Below, in pieces: positions 34,310 through 46,339 of a stretch of DNA of 64,000 bases. This stretch comes from Albugo candida (lineage: Eukaryota). The notes beneath the pieces were generated by a model, which was given only the letters and a program-made list of their open reading frames with translations, made no database searches and had not been told where the DNA came from. A program made the translations under genes and the position numbers. Location of the stretch: contig JBDOQK010000006.1 in NCBI GenBank assembly GCA_040437565.1, positions 248,001 through 312,000 of the forward strand. Reading direction: 5' to 3'. Every line of letters begins with the position of its first letter. Within the stretch, counting starts at the first letter, position 1.

Positions 34310-37300
34310 ATGCTGCGATCAAAAAAGTCGCGTCAGAATTTAAATGAGACTTCCACCGCAGATGACACAAATTCACGAAAGCCGAGCAATCGAAAGCCTG
34401 AAAAAGATCAAGATGCATCTTCAGTCAATAGACTCTCTGATGAACTCAGTCAAAGCGGACATTCGCATTCTCTATCGCCTTCTTCTCGACATTTTGAGCG
34501 TCCACGCTTTGATTCTCGAGCTTCTTGGGCCGATTCGACTCGATTTGACCGCATGGATTCGAATGCTTCATTTGTTTCGTCTAAAGCATCGTTGAAGGCT
34601 TCTTCCTCCAACCGAATGCGCTCAGATTCCCGGGTCTCTACTTCTTCTCGGCTTTCAAGGATCTATCTGAACGATAAGAAAAAGCTTCGAAAATCGTCTC
34701 TTGCAGGATCGTACGTGGGAAGCAAGCGACCGAAAGATGGACCACTTTCAACCATTACGGAGAGCTGGAATCTTGGAGAGGATGGGGTGGAAGGACCATT
34801 TACGGGCTTTGGGGCTGAAGGTTGAAAAGATTACAAAAACTTGTAGCACTTTACTTATCTTATTGCATGACAGATCAGCCCATCCGTGATCAATTGCAAC
34901 TCGGAATGGATGTCGTGAATGACCATACGGTGAGGTTTGAGAGCTTCTTGATGAAGTAAGCTCATTGTGGAATGTAGTCTAGATTGAAAGAAATTGAAGA
35001 CGCAATCACCGCAGCAATGTCGGAAGTTTGGGGCTATTGGGTACATATACATTCTTAAAATCGATTTTTGTCTAAGATTGTCTTTAGGCAGATCCGATCC
35101 AGCTACAATTACATCCAGCAGAGCGTGTGGATGTACAGGAGCTTATTAATACCGACAATGAGCTCTTCAATAAAGTGCTCACAGTGTTTGCAGTATTATG
35201 TGACGAGATTTCTGAGCTTAAAGTGACGGTAGAANNNNNNNNNNNNNNNNNNNNNNNNNNNNNNNNNNNNNNNNNNNNNNNNNNNNNNNNNNNNNNNNNN
35301 NNNNNNNNNNNNNNNNNNNNNNNNNNNNNNNNNNTAGGCAGATCCGATCCAGCTACAATTACATCCAGCAGAGCGTGTGGATGTACAGGAGCTTATTAAT
35401 ACCGACAATGAGCTCTTCAATAAAGTGCTCACAGTGTTTGCAGTATTATGTGACGAGATTTCTGAGCTTAAAGTGACGGTAGAAGATACTTTCTACCCCG
35501 CGCTGTCTATGTTTGGGCAGCCTCATCACGGCCAAGGCGAATCAGAGGAAGACAAACAAGAAGGAGTTCACAAAGCCGGAGAATCTGAAGTTTTTATTGG
35601 ACGAATGCTACCATTTTTTCAAGATCTTTCCAACTTTGTGGATCGATGTAACGCGATCACGCTCAATATTCTGCACCAGCTGGCAAGTTTGTACCAAAAC
35701 TATCAAAAACTATGGAAGTCTACGTTCAAGATGGTGCATCTTCATCCTGTTTTTGATGCATTGGCAAGTCTGCTGGAAGTGATGATTACAATCGATTTAC
35801 TTGTGGCTGACAATACGCACATTGCGGTTGCTTGGGACAAGTATAAGCGAATGATGCAATATGTCCGCTCTGATCCAGCTCGATACGATGTCACAGTCGA
35901 CGCTGTCAAGCAATTTGAGCGTCTACTTGTGAGCTTGGATCAGACGATTATGAGCGGCCAGGTATTCCAGACCTGTATTGAGCAGGATTTTGAGGCTTTT
36001 GGTACCGAATTTGAAGATCAAGATCGCGAAGAGAGTGATTCCGGAAAACCAAGCGAAAGCGAGGATTGTTCTTCGCGTATAGAGCTACGAAGCAATCAGG
36101 TTTTCCTGGATGAATTTTTATATTGCATTAGTGCACGTTTGAGCAGGAGCGAAGTCGGTATCAATACATCCACGGAAACATTCGAACGTCAGCAAATTAT
36201 TGGAACAGCAGGTCTCTATGTCCTTCATCGTCGCCTTCTGCCAACGAGTGTCGCTCCAGATCCTCAGTTGTACAAACGCTTTTGGGAGCTGCAGCGTAAA
36301 GCTCCCTGTGTTACACTCTGTGGTAAACTCTTATGGCACTTGCCGGAATTTCTACTTAAATATGCTCCGATGACGTCAAAAAAGCTGCAACCGACCGATA
36401 TACTTGAATTTCGGAAGGAATATCTCTTATTGCTGGATGAAGCTTTTGCCGATGATATCGCAGCCGCAAAGATGGAACTCACAGCTTGGTTGGCTCGTGT
36501 GGAGTCGTATTTCCAGCCAACAACTCGCGGATGTGGTGATCCACTCCGAATTTTGAGCATTCGTGGCAATCTCATGCTCAAGGGACTGATGCTGGCGAAA
36601 AGAGTGCAGACGATGATGCACACGCTTGTCAATATGCACTTATCACAAAGAATTCCAATGCCAAAACGTGTCGTACGGCCTCTATATCTTTCTATTGAAG
36701 TTCTCAAAGCGATCGAATTCATGTTAGCACGAAAGAATCCAGTGTTAGCCGAGTCGTTTGCGCTCATTCTCCAACAGGTGGCATATGCTTTGTTTGGATG
36801 TTTCCGACCCCTGAAAGCAAAATTGGAAGCCAGCAAGAAGTTTGATGACACAAAACTCGATATACTGGCGGCTGTGACAGTACTAGAAGAGATTTTGACT
36901 ACCGGGGAATCGTTCTCGTACACGAGAATCACAATCTTGGATCTAGCCGCTCAAATCGCACTCATCTCTTCCGAAATGAGCTTTGACGATGAAGGAACGG
37001 ATCCATCAGATGGAGCGGTACCCGGTGATTCTGCGCGTGGCAGTCTTCGTGATGGGGAAGAGCCTGTCAAACTAATTTGGAAATTACGCTTACTGAGTGA
37101 TTATCAGCGTAAAATTCGAAACGCATGCGATTGCTCGTTCTTTCACTGGAACCACGAGCTGCTACATTCCTTTTTGGGCGATCTCTATGGCCAACCCGAA
37201 CATGCTAATCGCATTCAGTACATAATCAGCGGTTTCCTGGATGCCGTCAGAGTCCTAAAGAGCGTCCAACACGAAGCTGATAATGAGATATTCACAACAA

Positions 37301-38986
37301 TGTACGCGAAATTCATCGACAGTGTTTTGGAGGAGGAGATCGTACAGAATTTATGCAAGGATGTTGAGAACGATCTTCGACTTCATATCCATTCGGTGCA
37401 TTTGGATCATCTTGAGACACCGAATCCAAAAGAAACTCCCGATTTCAAAGTACTTCTTCACTATCTCAACCTCCGGCCTATTCGCATGTATGGACACTTT
37501 GTTGATCTACGATGTCGTGTGACGCATTACTTGGAGAAAACTTTTTATAATCTAACGACCGTGGCACTCCATGACTGGAAAACGTATGGAGAAATGCGCA
37601 ATTTGGCGAACGATAAGTACGCACTCAATTTGGCCGACAACCACCTTCCGATGGGCTCACTGAACCAAGGATTGGACATATTACAGATTATGCGAAATAT
37701 CAAGATTTTCGTGGCACGATACAATTACAATCTGAACCAGCAATTCTTTCTCGAACGACGAAGCGATAAAGGCTCACGTCATCTCAATTCGATTAATATT
37801 CATTCAATAGCAAGTTCCATTCGAACGCACGGAATGGGAATTATGAACACTACTGTCAACTTTACATATCAATTTCTGACAAAAAAGTTTGATATTTTCT
37901 CACAATTTCTGTATGACGAATACATCAAGTCATACCTTCAACGAGAAAAGAGGTGGTATCGTAAGAACCGAGACGATGCTTTGGTAGATAATAAGTATCC
38001 ATACGCTCGAGCTTTTCAATTCAATAGAGACATCCGAAAGCTTGGGGTTTCAGATTCAGGAAAGAGTTTCTTGGATCAGTTTCGAGTGCTTATCACGGAA
38101 ATTGGCAATGCGTTAGGATACGTTCGTATGGTTCGTTCGGCAGGAATGAATTATTGCAGCAATGCCATCAAATTTGTACCGGATTTGAATCAGGCACATT
38201 TCAGTTTCGAGGAGCATACGCAACAACGAATCGTAGAAACAGACTCGACACGAATCCCTGCGGCTGTCTTTGATGAATCGGATGTGAAGCCATTATCCGA
38301 CGAAACAATGGTTGCTGCACAACAATTGGACAGTGTTATTGCAACGTTGGCGAAAAATTTCTCTGAAAATAATAATTATTTTCAAATTTTGGTCCAAGTG
38401 TTCCAAAATGTTATCAATAGTATCGAACAGAAGCATCTCGTGAATTTCTATCATATTATTCCGGCTCTGACAATCAATTTTGTGGAGACAATTGTCCAGG
38501 CAAAAGATCTGATGTACAAGAATACCCGACGCCGAGAATCCTACTTTTCTGACGACGGATTCGCGATTGGTGTGGCTTATATATTGGCCATGTTGGATCA
38601 AGGCGATGTACGTATTTTGATGTTTATTTGGTTGTAATCGGGTGATATGATATTTGTGTAGGTATTTGATACTTTGCATTGGTTTGAAGAAGTCAGAAGA
38701 AAATACAACGAGGAAGAGCGGCTGTATAACGTACGCTACTTTTGTCGACGAAAGAATACCGATGCTGACCGCAGCATGTGCTGATTAGGAGAAACAAGTG
38801 CTTCGGGATGGCCGTAAGAAAGAAGTAGCAGCACGAAAAGAGAAAGAGACAACGGCAGAGTTGATCGAAGATGAAGAAGAAGATCATGCTTTACAAATGA
38901 CTGCAAAGCGAATCGAGTTGCATCGTCGAGAATTTGATTTACTTGATTGGTCACTGAACGGAGCTCGAATATTTTTCAAGGAGTAA
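34310..38986 (+). CDS. WASHC4: WASH complex subunit 4 (SWIP/KIAA1033), 6 exons, with Ser/Arg-rich N-terminal extension
   Basis: Introns 34821-34873, 34930-34977, 35041-35087, 38608-38661 and 38731-38788 keep frame. SRLKEIEDAI..WADPIQL..INTDNELFNKV, FYNLTTVALHDWKTYGEMR, SIRTHGMGIMNTTVNFTYQFL, FSDDGFAIG, ARIFF. Alternative start 34268. Confidence 0.93.
35085..35484. repeat. Gap-flanking duplication 35085-35234 = 35335-35484
   Basis: 150 bp repeated either side of a 100-N gap. Confidence 0.95.
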
Positions 38987-39083
38987 GCTACTTCCGCTCA
39001 CCGCAAAAAGAAGCTGTTGGAGTCAAGTGGTGGACAAGGGCAAAGAAGATGCGATGTCAAATGTATTGGTGCGCTGCGTGATG

Positions 39084-40667
39084 CTATGAGACCACCTTGA
39101 GACGTTTTAACTGTGCTACTTTATCCGGATTAGCGTATGTGTCACCATTTCGTATGTGCCAAACAATACCTCCGAGGTTTAATCCCCACGTTTGGCGCGG
39201 ATACGGCTCGCTATGAGGCACGTTGAATCTTGTACCCATATCCTGACAAGAGCCTGCATGCGTTGCAGCAAAAGCTTCTAGTGCTGGAAGGATGTACCGT
39301 TGCCAACGTGCTTCTGTGTATGTCCAGGTGAAACCAGCATTTTCGAGCTCTTCAGTCAAGTCTTCTGGTAACGCGATTCTTCCGGAGCGACACCGTGAAA
39401 TCCAATGTCCGAGTTTAAAACCTCGTGCAGCATCTGGCCATGGACTAGCGTTATCCGAGTCATTCTCATCAGGAACGCAAAACCTAATTGGAATCGATAC
39501 TTGATGCGGAAAGCGTTCCCAAAATACTCGGAGACACGGAACAATAATTTTGCGGACAGTGTGTTCCAGCCTTTGTTCGCGATTCCAGACAAAGTGGAAT
39601 TCGGCAAGATCTTCAGCGTGTAGCTGAGCCCATTTTCGGTATAGCGCTTTGCTTCGTATATGAGCTACAAGTGTTCCCAGATTCATTCCCCAAGCTTCCT
39701 TTGGCCATGGAGCTTGTGAAGGTACAACAAATTTATAAGGCACATCACCGTGTCTGTACACTTTGGCAAATACCTGCAGGGACGGAAGAATTTTCGTTTC
39801 CCATTGCGTCTTGTAAACATCAAAAATAAAGCCCATTTCTATCAGTTTATCGTGATCTTGCTCGAGCTGCGCGCTGTACAAGCCTTTCCGAAGTGCTCGG
39901 ACTCTACTTCCTAATGTGAAGCCCCACAAGCGCTTCGGCCAGATTTCACAATTTGAAGGTACACAGAATTCGGTAGGGACCATTAAGTGACCATGAATGT
40001 TCTTGTATATTCGAAGGGCGGGAAGAATATCACGTTCCCATATCGCATCCGTCACTTTCCAGATAAAACCAATGGCATCAAGTTGACCGATTTGCTCATC
40101 AGTGAGTGGTATCAAGCCTTTCCGCAAGCGATTGATTAAATACCCCAGCCTGAAATTCCAGAGTTGCTTTGCCCAATTTTGATCGTTGGAAGGCACTTTG
40201 AACTGCTGAGGTATTAAAAGATGACCGTGTAGCGCGTGAAATGTCTTCACACCGGGCAAAGTTATGTTTTCAAACTCGTATTGTGTCCAGGTATGCAGCG
40301 GAAAGCCAATTTTGTTTAGTTCTTTCACAAAAAAAGGCTTCAGGTACTTGGAATTGGCGTTTCCCTGGGTCACCGCACTGCGTATCGCCACCACAATTTT
40401 TCCCAGAGAACGTTTTTCTCCTCTGTTCGATGTGATAGCGCTGATGTGTGTCTCTATCATAAAGTCTTGTGGAACTATAAAGTGATTATATTTCTCGTGG
40501 AATGTTTTCAATGCGTTGGCGATGCTCCTAAGCTCCTGATGCTCAGAATTCGTAGTGGAGATAGAGCATGAGTAGCCAGCACTCGCAGATTGGAAGTGTT
40601 GGTTGTTTATGCGATACTGGAAGTCACGAAATTGGCGTGCGCAAGTACCATAAATTCTACGCAGCAT
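39084..40667 (-). CDS. Helicase-associated (HA)-repeat protein, six repeats, possible mitochondrial presequence
   Basis: Six repeats of roughly 75-80 aa of form W..ILPAL..F...HGH..VP..F.VP....WP...WG..LG.....R.......L...GF.W; N-terminus MLRRIYGTCARQFR. Confidence 0.8.
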   Translation of the reverse strand: MLRRIYGTCARQFRDFQYRINNQHFQSASAGYSCSISTTNSEHQELRSIANALKTFHEKYNHFIVPQDFMIETHISAITSNRGEKRSLGKIVVAIRSAVTQGNANSKYLKPFFVKELNKIGFPLHTWTQYEFENITLPGVKTFHALHGHLLIPQQFKVPSNDQNWAKQLWNFRLGYLINRLRKGLIPLTDEQIGQLDAIGFIWKVTDAIWERDILPALRIYKNIHGHLMVPTEFCVPSNCEIWPKRLWGFTLGSRVRALRKGLYSAQLEQDHDKLIEMGFIFDVYKTQWETKILPSLQVFAKVYRHGDVPYKFVVPSQAPWPKEAWGMNLGTLVAHIRSKALYRKWAQLHAEDLAEFHFVWNREQRLEHTVRKIIVPCLRVFWERFPHQVSIPIRFCVPDENDSDNASPWPDAARGFKLGHWISRCRSGRIALPEDLTEELENAGFTWTYTEARWQRYILPALEAFAATHAGSCQDMGTRFNVPHSEPYPRQTWGLNLGGIVWHIRNGDTYANPDKVAQLKRLKVVS

Positions 40668-43600
40668 TGGAGCACGCTGTTTCGTGCTCTTATTGGAGCA
40701 AATAGATGTCTTAGCATCAAGACAATTGCATTGTCACTTTTGTTAGCCCTATGCTTAGCCATTTTCATAGTGCTCGATGACTACCATGCTAGCTCATTAG
40801 ATTCGTATTCGACGCCCAGTGAGTCGTATGCATACATGATATCCAGTAAGTCATGACATATTATCGACGGCCATAGAATCATTTGGAGCGTCTGACATCG
40901 AAGCTGGTGGCGAAGATGATACGAAGTTGATTGACTGATATGTTTATGATAAATGTCGCCTTGTGAAAGCCTTTTACGTGATAATTCGAGGCAATTTGAC
41001 ATTTCGACTGTAGCAAGACCTTTTTTTTCAACAATGCATGTGACCGTAATAAGAAGCAGCTGCGTTGATAAGATTGAGATCCTTTAGTAGCATCTATCTA
41101 TTCTTTTTGTCGATCTGACACGCTCAAAGATTAGAGCAACTAATCTACTATATGGCGATATAAGATCTTAACGCCTCAATGATTTACAGATTTTAACAGC
41201 CACGATAATAAACTCCTACATGATCTTCTTGATACGCGACTATACTTCGATCACTGCTAATACTATAGTAAACAAGAACTCGATTGACAAATCGGCACGC
41301 TCACCGCAACTTATCTGAGTTTGATTTACAGCACATCTATATCTTATTCAAAAATTGCTCGATTCTCACACACAAGAAGCTATATATGGACGTACATCGT
41401 TGGTGACATTGTCATTACCGCTCAAATCCGAAAGGAACATTGCCAATTAAGTCAGCAAGTGGCATTAATATTCGTTTGCAGCAAACCATGCTCCTAATTT
41501 GGCAGCAAATACCCAAGAGGAGGTCATTCAAATGCAAGCAAAGTGTGTGAAGTCCCTTGCAAGAACGTGTTTTAATGCGACGGAATAGACTAAAGGGAAT
41601 GAATAGAAGAAAACCGACTAATTTGAAACGATACAGGAAATCGATGAGCCTCACGCAAGTCGTTTGAGCTTTTGCGCGATCAAAATACATGGATCCCCTC
41701 TCGCAAGGAAACGTTCTCAATGGTTACATTAAGAGCGAGCCGAAGCTATAAGTTTCATGCACTCGATATGAAATCTTCCGTCTGCTAGTATGCAATTTCT
41801 GGGACGAAAGACGCTTTGTCATGAATGGCTACAGAGAGCTCCTCGCGTGAAACTTAGACAAGTTCACTAGTGCATGAGGAATTCTGGTTCATTGCAAATT
41901 CGAACGTATAATGTGGCACTAACGAAACAGATAGATTAGCAAGTCATGTAAATCTATTGCCGGGTCGATCATGGTCTGCCTCGCTCTAATTCCGGCAAGA
42001 CTCAACCGATATAATCATAAATAACGCTCGATTTTGACGACACAGCAGTAAAAAATCCTCCTTCAGCACGATTGAATTAAAGAGACATTCCTCGACATGA
42101 CAGTGCTAACAAACACTCAAATATCTAGCCAGATTATCAAAGCTTTGGACGGAATGGATGTGCCGAGTTGGCCATCAATACTAGCCGATCGTAATCTATC
42201 AGAACTCTTGGTTGATGATGGCAGAAGATTGGATTTTTTCGCTACGTGGCAAATCTCAAGGTTCCTAATTTGGAGACATGGGGAGCTATTCGCATCCCTC
42301 AAACAGCGTCGGTTTTTAATCGACGCCGCGAAGGTAAAGGAGTAAAGCAGGATTCACTTTTAAAAGAAGCAAGTTTGCGTTCTCTACGCGAGACCCTCCC
42401 ATGTTGCGATAATTAGCAGTTTCTTAGCAGATCTGCTTCGTACTGACAGTAGAAGCAGGGCATCGGAGGCCAGACCAACCATCTTATCGTACATGCGGTA
42501 AGCTTTTGGACCATTCTCCACCCTGACTCGTAATATTGTGTACTTTGTAATGCAGCCACCCGAATTAACTCTCTAGAATTCGAGTATGCGCGTGGTGCAC
42601 GATACAAATTCAGAAATCCCAACAGGAGATTAAAATTCTTGTACTGTATCTTCTATTACAAAGCATCCCTCACATGACTTTTATTTCGAATTGGGAGCAT
42701 TAAACTTCATCTCAAGGTAAGCATTATCAGAGTACAATTTTTCTACGTTGCTACGATTCGGCTGGAACATATTTTTGTAAGCAACTTTGAATGCGTAAAG
42801 TACTAATTCAGTGCACATATGAATTTGAGCAAATATTGTGGCTTCTTTAGATTGATTCCTGCCCAACTAACCTTGGATTGCCATCCTGTTGAAGAATATA
42901 GCAAGATAAAAATTAATATAAGGCCTCATAAAGAAGAGAATAGTGGACTTGATTGCTGACATCCCTCGTATCTACTGGAAACCGCACAAAAGGTCGCACA
43001 CAAAGACTCATTGTTTGAAAATTATATTGGGAACTCCTTGCAGCTATCTTATGTCTCTCTGACACCTTTCACTTCCTACGACTTTTCACGAGATGGTGAT
43101 CTTCCACCAGTGGAGATCTTCAGCTTATCGTCGCTGTATTCAGTACATCCGGTTTCCAACAGTATCCGACACATCCTATCAACTTGCTCCGTGATGCGGC
43201 ATTAATGCGCGCAATACTTTTAGCTTCTTCGTCCTCGTCAGCGTGAGTGGAACAAACCATGTCTATATCATGTTACTAAGCTTGACATCCACTTATCTCG
43301 TTCCACAATCAACGATATAAAATCGGACTCATAAAACGAACAATACCTCGCTTCTGTCCACCACGAATTTATAATCAATCAGCTTCGAGAACTAGTTCTT
43401 GATTCCATGGTTGGCAAGTCGATTTGAAGAGTAGTACGATTCCGACCAGTTCTGATGTGATTTAGTCTCGAATTCCCAGCCCTTTATATTGCTTTGATGT
43501 CTATATTGAACACTGCATTCACATTCTTGCCCTTAACTGCTTCGATCATCTAGAAATAATGATTTGAAAACGATTAAAAGGCTGGTTTGGAAGTAGTCAC

Positions 43601-45379
43601 TAAATTGAACAGTAGACATTTGCAACGCAAATGTGGGAAGTAGTGACATTGTTAAAGTTGCGTCTCGACCGGGGCAAGATGAAGCTCACTCAGGTGCACG
43701 AATTCCATTTGATGAGTCAAACACCACGAAAACTATGTGTAAGAAGTCGAAAACAAAGACAGAGAGGACGAGTCTATCCCGGCGGACGGAGCTTTGAACA
43801 ATCAGCCAGTTGAAAGTGGTAGTCCCACACAATTGCGTCCGGTAGCCTGCGTGGACTGGACTTCAGTATTGTGCTGCATTTGAGGATCGATTTTGTTTGT
43901 TTTGCTCACGAGACTTTGCATTTTTTGTCACTGGAGCGATAAATGGTGTGAAAAGTCCTCAAGTCATCCCCACCTTTCGTCAACAGCAGACGTATACACA
44001 GTCACTAGTTTCCGTGTATTGATCTTTTCCATTTTATTTTTCATAGATACAACAGCCGTAAGCGTAAGGTGATGATATACCCACTCCATCGATAAGGCAT
44101 AGCCGTTGCGACTTCTCTTTGCTGAAGTTTATATTTAAAACGATTACACTTGGGGGACATGAGTACCTTTCGAGGACATAATCCTCAAGAGCGGGCCTTG
44201 AAGCACATCATCCATTGTTGGAATAGAGAACCTGCTACAAACTTCACCGTACTTGTGACGATTGGAATGCTGAATGGGTATATTTTGAACCGGATCCGAC
44301 GTGTGTTTGATGAAAAGAGACTCAACGCTACCACTAAACGGAATACATTTACTGCGTACGACAAGATGCATTTGGGTCAAGGGGTGTTCTACATTCACAT
44401 CTGCTTTCATGAGCGTTTCGACAGGATTTGGGAAACTCTAATTTGACCCTCTCCTCAACACAGCGCATAGTCTCCTCCATGTGTAACTAATACGTACCAC
44501 CACCACACTTGCACTTACACCATTGCAGACACAAGACTAGTATCCTAATTATCCTGTAACCTCGTTAGCTTAAAACTGAAGTCGATGATTCGATTGGTAG
44601 CTGTTCCGATTTTGATTCTTCCACTTCGAATAAAGCTGGTGATACAAAATCAGGAAGTGTTCTTCCAGATTGATTAGAAGCATTATCCGGATAATTGATG
44701 CGGAATCACTTACACTAGCTGCAGTAGCTTATCAAATACGGCCTTATAGCAGCTTGAAAACGAATCCTGGTGTATCAGAGATACAAAATCTGAAGCTTTG
44801 CCGCTGAAGCGCTTCCCAGCAACTGACGTGCTGGTTTTTGTGGGCTATGGCTCAATCGAAGCTGGGCCGGAAACAGGCAATATCACTATACGCTTGCAAC
44901 AAATTAAGCTGAAGTCACCTTATCGTTCGAGCTACATCAAGCAGCGCGTGATATTCGCATTCGTATGCTCGGCTTATGCATCTTGTTGCAATGTCGTTTG
45001 CCGTCTCCGATAAGCACGTACGAGTCTAGTGACTTTCTCGATGGGTAAAATGAAAAGAAGTCTTCTCTGCTCCGTTCGTCACAGCAATATATATCGAAAT
45101 TCTATGCATCGGAGGGGCTTGATTGTTGATGAGTACGTCATTGTCCATGCTAGCGAGCCCGATATTCACGGGAATAACATGTTGGCATACAGAAAACCTT
45201 GAGATAACATTTCGTAGCCGGATGCCATCCGATCTCATTTGAATAATATCAGATTTTTCGACGGCAACCTCAGTCAACAGGTGAAACTCATAATGCTGCG
45301 GTTGTCATTTCTTATGAAAGTATTCAATCAATCTACATGCAAATCCGCTCGTTTCCGCATCAACAATGCATTTGCTGCA

Positions 45380-46339
45380 ATTGATCAGTCACAAATGTTG
45401 ACATTGGTTACACGATAGCTGCTCTTCCTTCCATTTGCTCCCTACATTCAATATCGGTCAGCTTTGTGGCGGAAGATGATATTCCATTGGCTTGTGAAGC
45501 GTGCCACCAAATAATGCGTCATCGCGTTTTGGCATTAGTACTGTGAGATATAGCCTGTAGCTGCACATATATTATCTGCGTCTCGCGTATACTTCCACCA
45601 AGCTGAACCTCTCAGATGTGCGATTTCTAACTGCTCTTATCACCACTCGAAATACGAAAACCTTGAGCAATTTCGAACTGTGTGGTCATCCTGGGCGTCT
45701 AAGCTCCGAGAATCTTCAAACATGTCCAACTCTCACAGTCATAATCATGTATTAACACGATGAAAGTTGTGTGTGGTGTCATAGATCTTCTAGTCGGAAT
45801 CAAAGTCGTNNNNNNNNNNNNNNNNNNNNNNNNNNNNNNNNNNNNNNNNNNNNNNNNNNNNNNNNNNNNNNNNNNNNNNNNNNNNNNNNNNNNNNNNNNN
45901 NNNNNNNNNATTGATCAGTCACAAATGTTGACATTGGTTACACGATAGCTGCTCTTCCTTCCATTTGCTCCCTACATTCAATATCGGTCAGCTTTGTGGC
46001 GGAAGATGATATTCCATTGGCTTGTGAAGCGTGCCACCAAATAATGCGTCATCGCGTTTTGGCATTAGTACTGTGAGATATAGCCTGTAGCTGCACATAT
46101 ATTATCTGCGTCTCGCGTATACTTCCACCAAGCTGAACCTCTCAGATGTGCGATTTCTAACTGCTCTTATCACCACTCGAAATACGAAAACCTTGAGCAA
46201 TTTCGAACTGTGTGGTCATCCTGGGCGTCTAAGCTCCGAGAATCTTCAAACATGTCCAACTCTCACAGTCATAATCATGTATTAACACGATGAAAGTTGT
46301 GTGTGGTGTCATAGATCTTCTAGTCGGAATCAAAGTCGT
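45380..46339. repeat. Gap-flanking duplication 45380-45809 = 45910-46339
   Basis: 430 bp repeated either side of a 100-N gap. Confidence 0.95.

Noticed and set aside
36264-36932. 222-aa antisense ORF inside WASHC4, and similar shadow ORFs elsewhere
   Set aside because: Antisense shadow of a conserved coding frame with no recognisable motifs
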